Shown: positions 12,701 to 23,279 of the stretch, piece by piece
Numbering within the stretch: position 1 is the first letter of the stretch
How the letters are laid out: the number at the start of each line of letters is the position of its first letter
Origin: Eledone cirrhosa
Lineage: Eukaryota
DNA length: 64,000 nt
Assembly: GCA_964016885.1 (NCBI GenBank)
Contig: OZ024745.1
Span: 67,580,001 to 67,644,000 of the forward strand
Direction of reading: 5' to 3'
Notes under the pieces: generated by a model
What the model was told of the DNA's origin: nothing
The model's input: only the letters and a program-made list of their open reading frames with translations
Databases searched by the model: none
Position numbers and translations under genes: made by a program

Positions 12701-15700
12701 CCTTATTCTATCTCACATTTAGCTGCCACTAAAGATTCTTTCTTTATAAAACTTTCATAAATCAGTTGGTTATTATAAATGAATTTCTTGTGTTCTAGTC
12801 TTATATTCAGTGTCTTAGTGAATAAGAATACTACTACCTAGAAATAAAACCAATTAAAATATCATGTGAATATAAATATTGAAAAAGATTCATTTCTAAA
12901 GAAACACCTATTTATATCTTTGATATCAAAAATTTTATTGCCAACGATTTTAAGAAGATTCACGATGAGATATTACATAATGATCTATAGATAATTCAAA
13001 ACGATTTAGAACAACTTATGAAAGAAGAGAAATTTAAATAACCCTATGGATAGAGTATGATCATCTTGACTAACATCTTATGTGTTTGAATAGCCTTATT
13101 CTATTTCAGGTATTGACAACCTTTTTTGAGCAGTGGGATGCATAGGATGTGACTCTTCATAAGGCGGGCCTCACTTGTAAAAACTTCAATTTTGAAATTG
13201 TGTGTGCCATTCAGAAAGCCAAATAGGACACAGGTGACTCACAGGCTGCAGTTTACCCATAACTCTCCTATTCTCTAAAGCAAGACACTCAATATCCTCT
13301 TCTAGAAACATAAGAAACTTAGATTCCACAAAGGAGTACCAAAGTAATTCAATAATTTTGATGATTTCTACTGCTGATAAATCTCACACAAATATTAAAA
13401 AATAACTAAAAGAGATCAACAGTAAAGAAATTTTTTTTCTCATTTTTTTTAAATAAAAAAAATATTAAAGCCTTTTTTATGAACTTCATATTTTCAACCA
13501 AAAGTATACTCACTTTTCATAAAAGCATGCTTCACCCGGTTTTCGATTTTTATTATTCACAAGTTTATAACCAACAGCTAATATCAAAGAAGCATCTTTA
13601 CATGAGCCATTTCTTTGGAAATTAGTATATTCAGTTGTGTTACAAAAGTGAAAGTCAAAACTAGAAATAGAGTGAATATACAAAAATAAGTTAATGAGTT
13701 AAAAGTATTAAGAAAAATATTCAATATAAAAGTATATTGCCAGTACTCATGAACAAATATCTCATTAAAAATATTGAAATATGTCTGAATTCTTAGCATA
13801 CATGAAAAAATAGATTTAAAGCAGTTAAAAAAATTAACAAAGATACAAATAGTAAATAAATTGAAAATGTCTTACAAATGAAAAGGCTTACCTTGGCTGA
13901 GATTTTTCAAGAAGTACAGCATCTTGTAATCTATATTAAAATATATTAACATCATATCATGTAAGCAATATAACATTATTTAAACATATTTCATATTGCA
14001 CAATAAAACACAGAGTTATATTTCGATAATATAAAATATATCTATCGAGAAAGAAAACCAGGTGATTTTGATCAAATAAATTAAAAATATAATTATTCTA
14101 GTAAAATAATACTACTTACCTTTCTTGGGTTGCTTCATTTTCTTTTAGAAGGGGTTGACCGACGCTCCTGCAATTGGAATAACAATCACATCCTTACGGG
14201 GTCGATGAAATAAAGTACCAGCAATGTACTGGGTAATTGCTGGCCTTGTGCCAAAAGTAGAAACATTTATATTACAGTATCGGTAGAGAGTCGGACACCA
14301 TGCTTTGACGCATAGAGTTACGGCCCTTTCCATTCTGAGTTCAAACCCTGCCAAGGTCAACTTTGCTTTCATCCTTACGGGGTCGATAAAATAAAGTACC
14401 AGTAATGTACTGAGTAATTTACTGGCCTTGTGCCAAAAGTAGAAACAATTATATTAAAAAAACACAACTACTAGTTTCCATAGAAAAGTATGTGTATTTT
14501 TCTGAAGTCTGCATTGTCCACAACTGACCGTCATACAGAGGGTGGTTAAGAAAACAATTAGCTTACGCTCTGAACTTTGTAGTTATTCTGGGTTGTTTAG
14601 TCTCCCAAACTGTTTTACTAAATCTTAGAAAGTAGATGTTCCCTGGGTCTATTTCTTGAGTTCTACATTTAAAGTGAGGTTGTCTCTATCAGTTGAGCCA
14701 AGGTATGGAAGCACATGTACTATGTTTCATTCCATAACATTGATCTTTATGCAAGGAGGAAGCATGAGAGACTTGTCCTAAAAACTTAGTCTTCTAAGTA
14801 CTTAGACACTTATTAAGTATTAGGAAACGTACTGAATGTAAATAAAAATGCTTACCTCAGCTGATAATTTTCACGAGGTACAGCATCTTGTAATCTATAT
14901 TAAAATATATTAACATTGTATCATGTAAGCAATATTATATTATTTCAACAATATGTATTATATCTATCGAGAAAGAAAACCAAGTGATTTTGATCAAATA
15001 AATTAAAAATATAATTATTCTAGTAAAATAATACTACTTACCTTCCTTGGGTTGCTTCATTTTCTCTTTGAAGGGGTTGATCGACTCTCCTGTAATTGGA
15101 ATAACAATCATTATATTTAAAAAACACAACAACCACTAGTTCACAGAGAAAAATATAAACAAAATTAATTATGCAGATCAAACTGAAATGAAAAATATTT
15201 CTTTCTATTTGGTAAAAATATCAGGTTTTGCAGTAAAATTATTTTAGAACAGTAAATGTTTATGTTTTCATATTTTGTCTAATTATTATATGTGGGATAG
15301 ATAAAAAGTATAAAGATCCCATAACTCCTTGTGGAGTCATAGAAGCACAGTCATAGAGCATGTCTAGGGCACTTTTAAACCTGGTAGAGCCTAGCCCTGT
15401 CCTGGTTTGAACACAGCCAAAATGTTATAGAGAGAGAATCAACCCCACTACTGGACTGGTACTATTTTTATCGACCATAAAAGAATGAGAGGCAGAGTTG
15501 ACTACGGAGTGATTTAAAATCAGACCACACAATGAGGTGGGACGAATACTGTAAAGCATTCTATCCGACATCTTAACAACTCTGCCAAAGATTGTTCAAT
15601 ATATCATACAGGTTCATGTATTGATGATATTAGGTTGACTTTGCCTTTCATCCTTACGGGGTCGATAAAATAAAGTACCAGTAATGCACTGGATAGTTGC

Positions 15701-18700
15701 TGGCCTTGTGCCTAAAGTAGAAACAATTATTTAATACATAGAGAAGGACGATGGATTTGCAGAAAACTTGTAAGGAACACAGGAAGTGTGTATTTTTCTG
15801 AAGTCTGTGTTGTCCACAACTGACCATCATACAGAGGGTGGTTAAGAAAACAATTAGTTTACACTCTAAACTTTGTAGTTATTCTGAGTTGTTTAGTCTT
15901 CCAAACTGTTTTACTAAATCTTAGAAAGTAGATGTTCCCTGGGTGTATTTCTTGAGTTCTACATTTAAAGTGAGGTTGTCTATCAGTTGAGCCAAGGTAT
16001 AGAGACACATGTACTATGTTTCATTCCATAACATTGATCTATATTCAAGGAGGAAGAATGAGCGACTTGTCCTCAAAACTTAGTCTTCTTAGTACTTAGG
16101 CACTTATTAAGTATTAGGAAACGTATGGTGGCACATGGCTTAGTGGTTAGAGCATTGGCCTTGCAAGCGAAAGGTTGTGAGTTCAATTCTCAGACTGGGT
16201 GATGTGTTGTGTCCTTGAATAAGACATTTATTTCACATTGCTCCAGTTTACTCAGCTGTAGAAATGAGATGATAGGACTGGGGTCCCTATCATTCCACTG
16301 CAAAAAAGCACCCAGCCCACACTGTAAAGTGGACGTGTAGGCGCCACGGAAAAAAAGTACCCAGCACTCACTGTAAATGAGGTTGGTGTTAGGAAGGGCA
16401 TCCAGCTGTAGAAATCAAGCCAGAATCAGTTCCCGTATGCCCACAACAGGATAACCCGTCTAACCCATGCTAGCATGGAAGAATGGACGTAAAACGGTGA
16501 TGATGATGATTATTACACTGTACATGTTCAACATTAATAATACATAGAAAAATAGATTTGAAACAGTTAAAGAAATTAACAAAGATGAAAATCAGTTCCT
16601 GTATGAGCAAGGCATGGTCAGCCGACCAGACACTGCACACAACAGGACAACCCGTCTAACCTATGCTAGCATGGAAGAACGGATGTAAAACGGTGATGAT
16701 GATGATGATGATGATTTCATATTGCACATTAAAACACATTAGTGTTATATTTCGATAATATAAAATATATCTATCGAGAAAGAAAACCAGGTGATTTTGA
16801 TCAAATAAATTAAATATATAATTATTCTAGTAAAATAATACTACTTACCTTTCTTGGGTTGCTCCATTTTCTTTTAGAAGGGGTTGATCGACGCTCCTGC
16901 AATTGGAATAACAATCACATCGATGAAATCAAGTACCAGTAATGTGCCAAAAGTAGAAACATTTATATTACAGTATCGGTAGAGAGTCGGACACCATGCT
17001 TTGATGCATAGAGTTACGGCCCTTTCCATTCTGAGTTCAAACCCCGCCGAGGTCAACTTTGCTTTCATCCTTACGGGGTCGATAAAATAAAGTACCAGTA
17101 ATGTACTGAGTAATTTACTGGCCTTGTGCCAAAAGTAGAAACAATTATATTAAAAAAACACAACAACTACTAGTTTCCATAGAAAAGTATGTGTATTTTT
17201 CTGAAGTCTGCGTTGTCCACAACTGACCATCATACAGAGGGTGGTTAAGAAAACAATTAGCTTACGCTCTGAACTTTGTAGTTATTCTGGGTTGTTTAGT
17301 CTCCCAAACTGTTTTACTAAATCTTAGAAAGTAGATGTTCCCTGGATCTATTTCTTGAGTTCTACATTTAAAGTGAGGTTGTCTCTATCAGTTGAGCCAA
17401 GGTATGGAGGCACATGTACTATGTTTCATTCCATAACATTGATCTTTATGCAAGGAGGAAGCATGAGAGACTTGTCCTAAAAACTTAGTCTTCTTAGTAC
17501 TTAGACACTTATTAAGTATTAGGAAACGTACTGAATGTAAAATGCTTCATCACAATTAATGTAAAAATATATTACACTGTACATGTTCAACATTAATAAT
17601 GCATAGAAAAATAGATTTCAAACATTTAACGAAATTAACAAAGATAAAAACACGAAATAAATTGAAAAAGTTTTACAAATAAAAATGCTTACCTCAGCTG
17701 ATAATTTTCACGAGGTACAGCATCTTGTAATCTATATTAAAATATATTAACATTGTATCATGTAAGCAATATTACATTATTTAAACATATTTCATATTGC
17801 ACATTGAAACACATTAGAGTTATATTTCAACAATATGTATTATATCTATCGAGAAAGAAAACCAAGTGATTTTGATCAAATAAATTAAAAATATAATTAT
17901 TCTAGTAAAATAATATTACTTACCTTCCTTGGGTTGCTTCATTTTCTCTTTGAAAGGGTTGATCGACGTTCCTGTAATTGGAATAACAATCATTATATTA
18001 AAAAAACACAACAACCACTAGTTCACAGAGAAAAGTAGGACATTAAGCAAATAAGAAAGGTCAATATATGATACAAGTTCATGTATTGATGATATTATTT
18101 AATACTTAAAGGGCGGTGGATTGGCAGTATCGGTAGAGGTCGGACGCCATGCTTTCCAGCATTGTTACGGCCATTGCCATTCTGAGTTCAAATCTATGCC
18201 TTTCATCCTTACGGGGTCGATAAAATAAAGTACCAGTAATGTACTGGGTAATTGATGGCCTTGTGCCAAAAGTAGAAACAATTATTTAATACTTAAAGAA
18301 GGGCAATGGAGTGACAGAATTGGAAGAGCATCGGCCAACATGCTTTAAGTTTCATAGTTACGGCTTTTTATGTTCTGAGTTCAAATTCCGCCCAGATTAG
18401 ATTTAATACTTATATATATATACTCACGCAAGACCATGTTAACGTAAAGAAATCCCCACCAATCCAACAATTCAATGTTAGACACGAATTGAAGTAAATG
18501 TAATAAAAGCTGATCCCACCGTGGGACCTCTAAAATATCTTCTGTCCTTCCTACTTTTTCAAAATTTTGGATTCTTTAATTTCTTGGATCCTATGAAGTT
18601 CCCTCCACTTCAGATGACACAAGTGGATTACCATCAAAGACTATGGCGGATTTTAATCGACTTCCCTCTCTCCCAAATTGTTGGCCTTGTGCCTAAATCG

Positions 18701-20363
18701 GAAACCACTATTTAATACACACTGGTACAATTACTTGAGTATTACGTTGTTCAGAAATTAATGAAGATTTTACATTTTTATTTCTTTAAAAGATAAGAGC
18801 TAATGCAAGGTTTGTAAATTTATGTATCATTTTAAGGCTCTTTTATGCTCGTTCTTTCTACATAATATAATTTATATTTTAGGCAATATCTTTCAATTTA
18901 AAATGTCAAACTCCACCACTGTGCAATATAAACGGCTGGAAACATTAATGAATTTTTGTCTCAGGAAGTGTTAATGAATGCATGGTGCAGCATTAGTTTC
19001 AAAAATGCCATCATAATTAATTCAATATTCAAGATAAGGTCTGTCGCATACATTCTTCTGGTATTGACAACAATAAATTGAATGGGTTGGTGGAAGTAAA
19101 TCTTTATGCAACTGTTCGGGAGTGTGCTGGCAAGCACAATTTATGGATTGAAAGAGTAGCATATTTTCTCATTCATGTAACACTTAAAGTAATATGATTG
19201 TGAGCCCAACTATATATATATATAAACATGTAATTATATATATGTGTGTATGTGTGCATATATAAATGTACATATAAAGTGTATATATTACCAATGACTA
19301 AACTAACTAATGTGTCTTTCCTTTTTTAAAAAAAACAGTGAGGTGGTAATTTTCAATTATGAGAATGAGGTTCTTAACTTCACTGACAGCTCGCCTAACC
19401 GAGGTAACTAGTGATGCTCGTGAGGGTGCTTGGTTGTTCCAGCACATCAGCCTCGCCATCACCTGAGGTAATGCTGCAAGCATGCTGGCTTGCCTCAAAA
19501 ATTATTAGGGAGGTTTCCCATGCTCCTCACGACACTGGTAGTGGTTCATTTGCCCACCCCTTTCGCCTCCCTTTTGTTGTATGTGGTCCTAGATGTATGC
19601 ATTACCTGCTTTGCATATATTACACATGTTTGTGCTTTCATTCTGTAACCATTGAATTATTATATTTTTTATACAACTGTAAATAAAAGATTTTCTAAAT
19701 ATGATTTGTGCAAAATATATTAAATTTAGTCTTATTCAATGAAAATTAATATTTACCTTCTTTGATTTCTTCTGTTTTGTGTTGCTATATCCTTTCTCCT
19801 GAATTTAAAAAGATGATTTTTTGTAAATACACAATTATTTCATAGAAGAAAACAAAATATATTTTAGGAGTTAAATTAAAATAGTAATAATTATTTTTAA
19901 TTCTGCATAAATGTCAATATTTACAAGACAGAGAGTAATAGGAAACGAAATATAAACCTTATGTGTTATTGATAATCCTGAATGAAGAGCAAATTCAATC
20001 CCATGTAGATTTGAATGCAGGATCATGAAGTGGGTTTTTTTTTTTTTGTTTTTTTTGTTTTTTTTTGGGGGGGGGGGGGGGGGGGGCCTGCAAACTATAG
20101 AATCTAGCACTACCATTTGTGCACAGTTCATGAAATGAAGAATAGAAATGCATGCACATGTACACACACACACACACATATACAAGAGACCAGTTTGAAA
20201 ATTGCTCTCACAGTGAGAAACGTGATCAAATGTTTGATCACCAGAGTTACAAGACCTACATATTGTACAAATATTTAATTATTAAAGAACAACAACCATC
20301 AGAAAAATCTTTCTTATCATTTTCAAATATATTTTACTGTACTAAGGTCTTTATAAATTATAT

Positions 20364-20439
<76 letters not shown>

Positions 20440-20518
20440 TGTAAAACCCCCGACCCACTCTGAATCTCCCCATGCATTGAGTACTCTGATTAGTGGTCTC
20501 CCCAGTCTCAGAACTACA

Positions 20519-20575
<57 letters not shown>

Positions 20576-21911
20576 CACTATCTTCACATCCTTAATTGCT
20601 TGGTCTATCATCTAATGTCAGGATTTATGGCTGGTAGCTCATTTGGGTCTACATGGAGTAGACCCTCACTGTCCCATTTGTTTTCTTCATTCATCAAATC
20701 TATAGCTCAGTCCAATTGTTCCGTGTGCTGTAGGTCTCTTCTATCATATTTCCTGGAAAGAATGAAGTCTATTTGGCTTATATATATATGCCATTGACTG
20801 GTAGGTATTCATGTGTCTGGTTGGCTAGATTCCTGAAATTTGTCACAAATTGTTAGATAGTATGCATCCTAATGCACCAGAAGCTCCGCATTTCTTGTAC
20901 AATACCCATATCTTCACTGAACACAGAGAACTTCTCATGATGTTCCCCAATGTGTCTATTGAAGTTGCCAGTTGTGATAAAAAAAAGTCAATGTCATTCA
21001 TCATTAAAGTAGTTTTCATGAGGACCACATAAAAGTGACCCCCTCTGCACATTTGTAAGTCCAGCTTGTGGAACATAGACTGAGATTGTCGTAGCAGTTG
21101 TATTACCCAAAGTTATTTTAAGTTTAAATATCATATTACACACTCTGGCTACCTCAATTCCCTTGTCCCCCTATTTCTCAGTTAGAAGTATTCCTATATT
21201 GCCGATACCATCACTTTTACCCACTAAGATAAACATTTGTTACTTACCTGCATTGAAATTATATCTCACATTTGTCATTTGCAGTACATTCTGCTATTTA
21301 CCACACTGTGGTTGTATGTTAATGAGGATTTTTTGTTTTAGTCTTGATATGTTTTTAGTATATTCTAACTATGAGGTTATGATTAAGATATATGCATGGT
21401 GTGTTTTGTAATATATATATTTATATATAAAATTAGAATTTTATTTCTCACTCTAACACATATATGTGTGTGCGTATGCTTACTTGTATATATATATTCA
21501 TTTTATTGAGGCTAAAGAGGGAGTCTTGTTACTCTAGAGTGTTGTCTGTTTATCACAAGGTCATCAGACAAGAACAGATATGTGTGTGTATATATATATT
21601 TGTGTGTGTGTGAATGTATGTATGTATTCTTTGCTCTGTACATATACATTTGTATGTAAGAAAGTGTGTAGTTATAACAAATATTTCCAAAGATTACATG
21701 AGATGATCAAAAGGAATTGTTCTGTGTAAATACTTTAGGTGATTATGAAAATCATCAAATCCTTATTACACAAATTGTAAAAAAAAATTAGCCACATACA
21801 CCAAAGAGATTAATATATAAAAACTTACTGTGCTAATACAGATGTTGCTGTGAGAGCCCAGATTACAGGAACAGCAATGACAATAAATCTGCAAGTAAGA
21901 CATCTCATCAT
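3494..21911 (-). CDS. Secreted VWD/C8/TIL protein (SCO-spondin/otogelin/mucin-like); 20 exons, continues beyond the left edge
   Basis: GT-AG exons joined in phase by hand: 21911-21829 (signal peptide MMRCLTCRFIVIAVPVIWALTATSVLAQ), 19798-19757, 17971-17924, 17731-17693, 16896-16849, 15089-15042, 14894-14856, 14167-14120, 13930-13892, 13660-13514, 12101-12040 (CCPGWTG, EMI-like), 11167-11063 (EGF), 10616-10452 (TB-like), 9620-9424 (TFDG, VWD), 8097-7998, 7329-7162 (GLCSNYDG), 6482-6403, 5202-5104, 4307-4145 (C8-like), 3728-3494 (TIL + E). Total 1955 nt with no internal stop. Confidence 0.88.
4145..4307 (-). CDS. Exon 19: C8-like domain
   Basis: EKKPVLMENCF...ACIAVETISYECL...WRKGNIC; cag acceptor, gtaagc donor. 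Confidence 0.85.
4485..4770. repeat. Purine-rich degenerate minisatellite
   Basis: Recurrent GAGAGGGTAATGGAARGAGAAACARTG. Confidence 0.7.
5104..5202 (-). CDS. Exon 18: VWD-C8 linker
   Basis: CKNNRLSTTPDYRYPDANAVCRIALSFYNCDIS; phase 0-0, canonical sites. Confidence 0.8.
5303..5482 (+). mobile_element. SINE family 1
   Basis: Same consensus as 2684-2866. Confidence 0.85.
6403..6482 (-). CDS. Exon 17: end of VWD
   Basis: (N)DFFRREGDCLANAEEFIKAYITPPNK; phase matches both neighbours. Confidence 0.8.
7162..7329 (-). CDS. Exon 16: VWD
   Basis: Ends LRGLCSNYDGNEN, matching the VWD GLCGNYDG signature. Confidence 0.9.
7998..8097 (-). CDS. Exon 15: VWD
   Basis: TIFVKYGNTIVTAQGGNVLLNG...; tag acceptor, gttagt donor. 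Confidence 0.85.
9424..9620 (-). CDS. Exon 14: start of VWD
   Basis: STCQSQGTRLIRTFDGSFFTLQSPSCVYNLV. Confidence 0.9.
10452..10616 (-). CDS. Exon 13: TB/8-cysteine-like module
   Basis: YCFEKTLCNG...VTLADCCS...GSWGLPGKECIKC; phase 1-1. Confidence 0.85.
11063..11167 (-). CDS. Exon 12: EGF-like domain
   Basis: CIPPCQNEGICYAADKCNCIGGFVGYRCE; phase 1-1. Confidence 0.9.
11741..11922 (+). mobile_element. SINE family 1
   Basis: Same consensus. Confidence 0.85.
12040..12101 (-). CDS. Exon 11: EMI-like C-terminal half
   Basis: LSIKKELVCCPGWTGTKCNI; canonical sites. Confidence 0.85.
13514..13660 (-). CDS. Exon 10: EMI-like N-terminal half
   Basis: FDFHFCNTTEYTNFQRNGSCKD...EACFYE; 147 nt, phase 2-2. 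Confidence 0.8.
13892..17971 (-). CDS. Array of seven duplicated micro-exons (48-nt A type and 39-nt B type), exons 3-9
   Basis: A: 17971-17924, 16896-16849, 15089-15042, 14167-14120 (xVDQPxxxENxATQxR). B: 17731-17693, 14894-14856, 13930-13892 (LQDAVPRENYQL / LQDAVLLEKSQP). All have AG/GTAAG sites and are open in phase 2-2. Confidence 0.75.
14190..14452 (+). mobile_element. SINE family 1 (partial plus full copy), duplicated at about 16920-17150
   Basis: Same consensus; lies inside the exon-array duplication. Confidence 0.8.
16128..16512 (+). mobile_element. tRNA-derived CORE-like SINE (family 2) followed by an RTE-type tail ending in (GAT)n
   Basis: Head GGCTTAGTGGTTAGAG...GAGTTCAATTC; central GTGTCCTTGARYAAGACA..TTGCTCCAG. 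Related copies near 12290-12545(-), 22370-22475(-), 40785-41050, 44050-44170, 46032-46150, 55430-55670(-). Confidence 0.75.
18111..18395 (+). mobile_element. SINE family 1, one full and one partial copy
   Basis: Same consensus. Confidence 0.8.
19757..19798 (-). CDS. Exon 2 (42 nt, basic: RKDIATQNRRNQR)
   Basis: ttcag acceptor, AG|gtaaat donor; phase 2-2 fits exon 1 and the array. Confidence 0.7.
20570..21080 (-). mobile_element. Highly degenerate LINE endonuclease/linker fragment
   Basis: Remnant SQIDFIL motif (APE domain) and an AIKDVK..KA linker-like segment. Confidence 0.45.
21829..21911 (-). CDS. Exon 1: signal peptide
   Basis: ATG, hydrophobic core, V-L-A cleavage motif, CA|gtaagt donor. 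Confidence 0.8.
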
Positions 21912-23093
21912 GATGTCAAACCAAATGCTGGTTATTGTACAATACAGATTTACTGCAATTATCTTTTGACTTTTATATTCACATGAAATAGATTGAAATT
22001 GACTCTATCATACTTTTCTAGAATCAACCAATGAATGAAAACCATTATTATCAAAATCTTTAATTTCTTAAATTCAATAGTTAAATTATTTACGGTGTCA
22101 AATGTTTTATTGATGAAATTATGTCTTATATTATAAGTATGATTTTTTTTTTTTTTTGGTTTATTTTTGGGTATTTGATTTTTTGATAAAATTAATATAG
22201 ATTTATAGCTTCATGTCAATATCTGAGTTTTTAGTTTGTCTAATAAATGCTCTGAAATATCTGACCTTGATAATGGGTTTGCAGGTATTTAACAATATGC
22301 TATTGTAGGCGTCACAACAAAAAGTGCCCAGCCCACACTGTAAAGTGGTCATGTAGGTATCCTCATGGACTCATTTACAGCTGAGTATACTGGAGCAACA
22401 TGAAATGAAGTGTTTTGCTCAAGAACACAACATGCAACCCAGCCCAGGAATCGAACCCATGACATTATAATTGTGGTGCACCAAATACTTAAAACTATTA
22501 ATAGAAAACCCTTTGGATGATGCTTCTAATTTTACATGTTTTATTTCAAAGATTTATTTTATTCATGTTTTATTTCAAAATATTGTTCTGAATAGTAAGC
22601 TATGAAGATTAAAATGAACAAAGTATAATTATTTGTTCCTACTTTAGGCACACAAGGCCAACAATTTGAAGGGGGCTGGGTGAAAGTCGATTAAATAGAC
22701 CCCAGTGCTGGTACTTTATTTTATCGACCTTGTGAGGATAAAAGGTAAAGTTAACCTCAGCAGGATTTGAACTCAGAATGTAAAGAGATGTAATTATATA
22801 CTGCAAAGCATATTGTCTGCTGCTCTACCAATATTGCCAATCCACCATCCTTGAAGCAAAGTTTAATTAATGCCTGATGTTACTAAGTTAAGGTTACTGA
22901 TAGGTGAAGGCTCAAACTGGATATGTTTTGAGCATGCAATTGATGTTCAATTGTAGTGACACAAAATAAATTCTCACGTAGTAACTATGTTTTGTTGATG
23001 TGTCTCCCTAGATCAACCATGATTGACCAGACTAATGGCATATAGATTGACAGACACAGTAGACTGATCCCTGGTTCATTTATTGGTAATAAT

Positions 23094-23279
23094 TGTTTCT
23101 ACTTTAGGCACAAGGCCAGCAATTACCCAGTGCATTACTGGTACTTTATTTTATCGACCCCATAGGGATGAAAGGCAAAGTCAACCTCGGCGGGATATGA
23201 ACTCAGATCGTAAAGGGACGTAGCTATGCTGGAAAGCATGGCGTCCGACCCTCTACCGATACTGCCAATCCACCGCCTC
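23094..23279 (-). mobile_element. SINE family 1 with 19-bp TSD
   Basis: TTCATTTATTGGTAATAAT at 23075-23093 and 23280-23298. Confidence 0.9.

Noticed and set aside
16128-16200. tRNA-like sequences (also near 40785, 44050, 46032)
   Set aside because: These are A/B-box heads of SINEs that continue into SINE body; no complete cloverleaf.
18428-18529. 102-nt candidate exon (tag...gtgagt) in the VWD gene
   Set aside because: It has a stop in the required phase 2 and a weak polypyrimidine tract.
21248-21290. Exon-like segment with good splice sites between VWD-gene exons 1 and 2
   Set aside because: In phase 2 it reads into a TGA and 43 nt would shift the frame; at most a poison exon.
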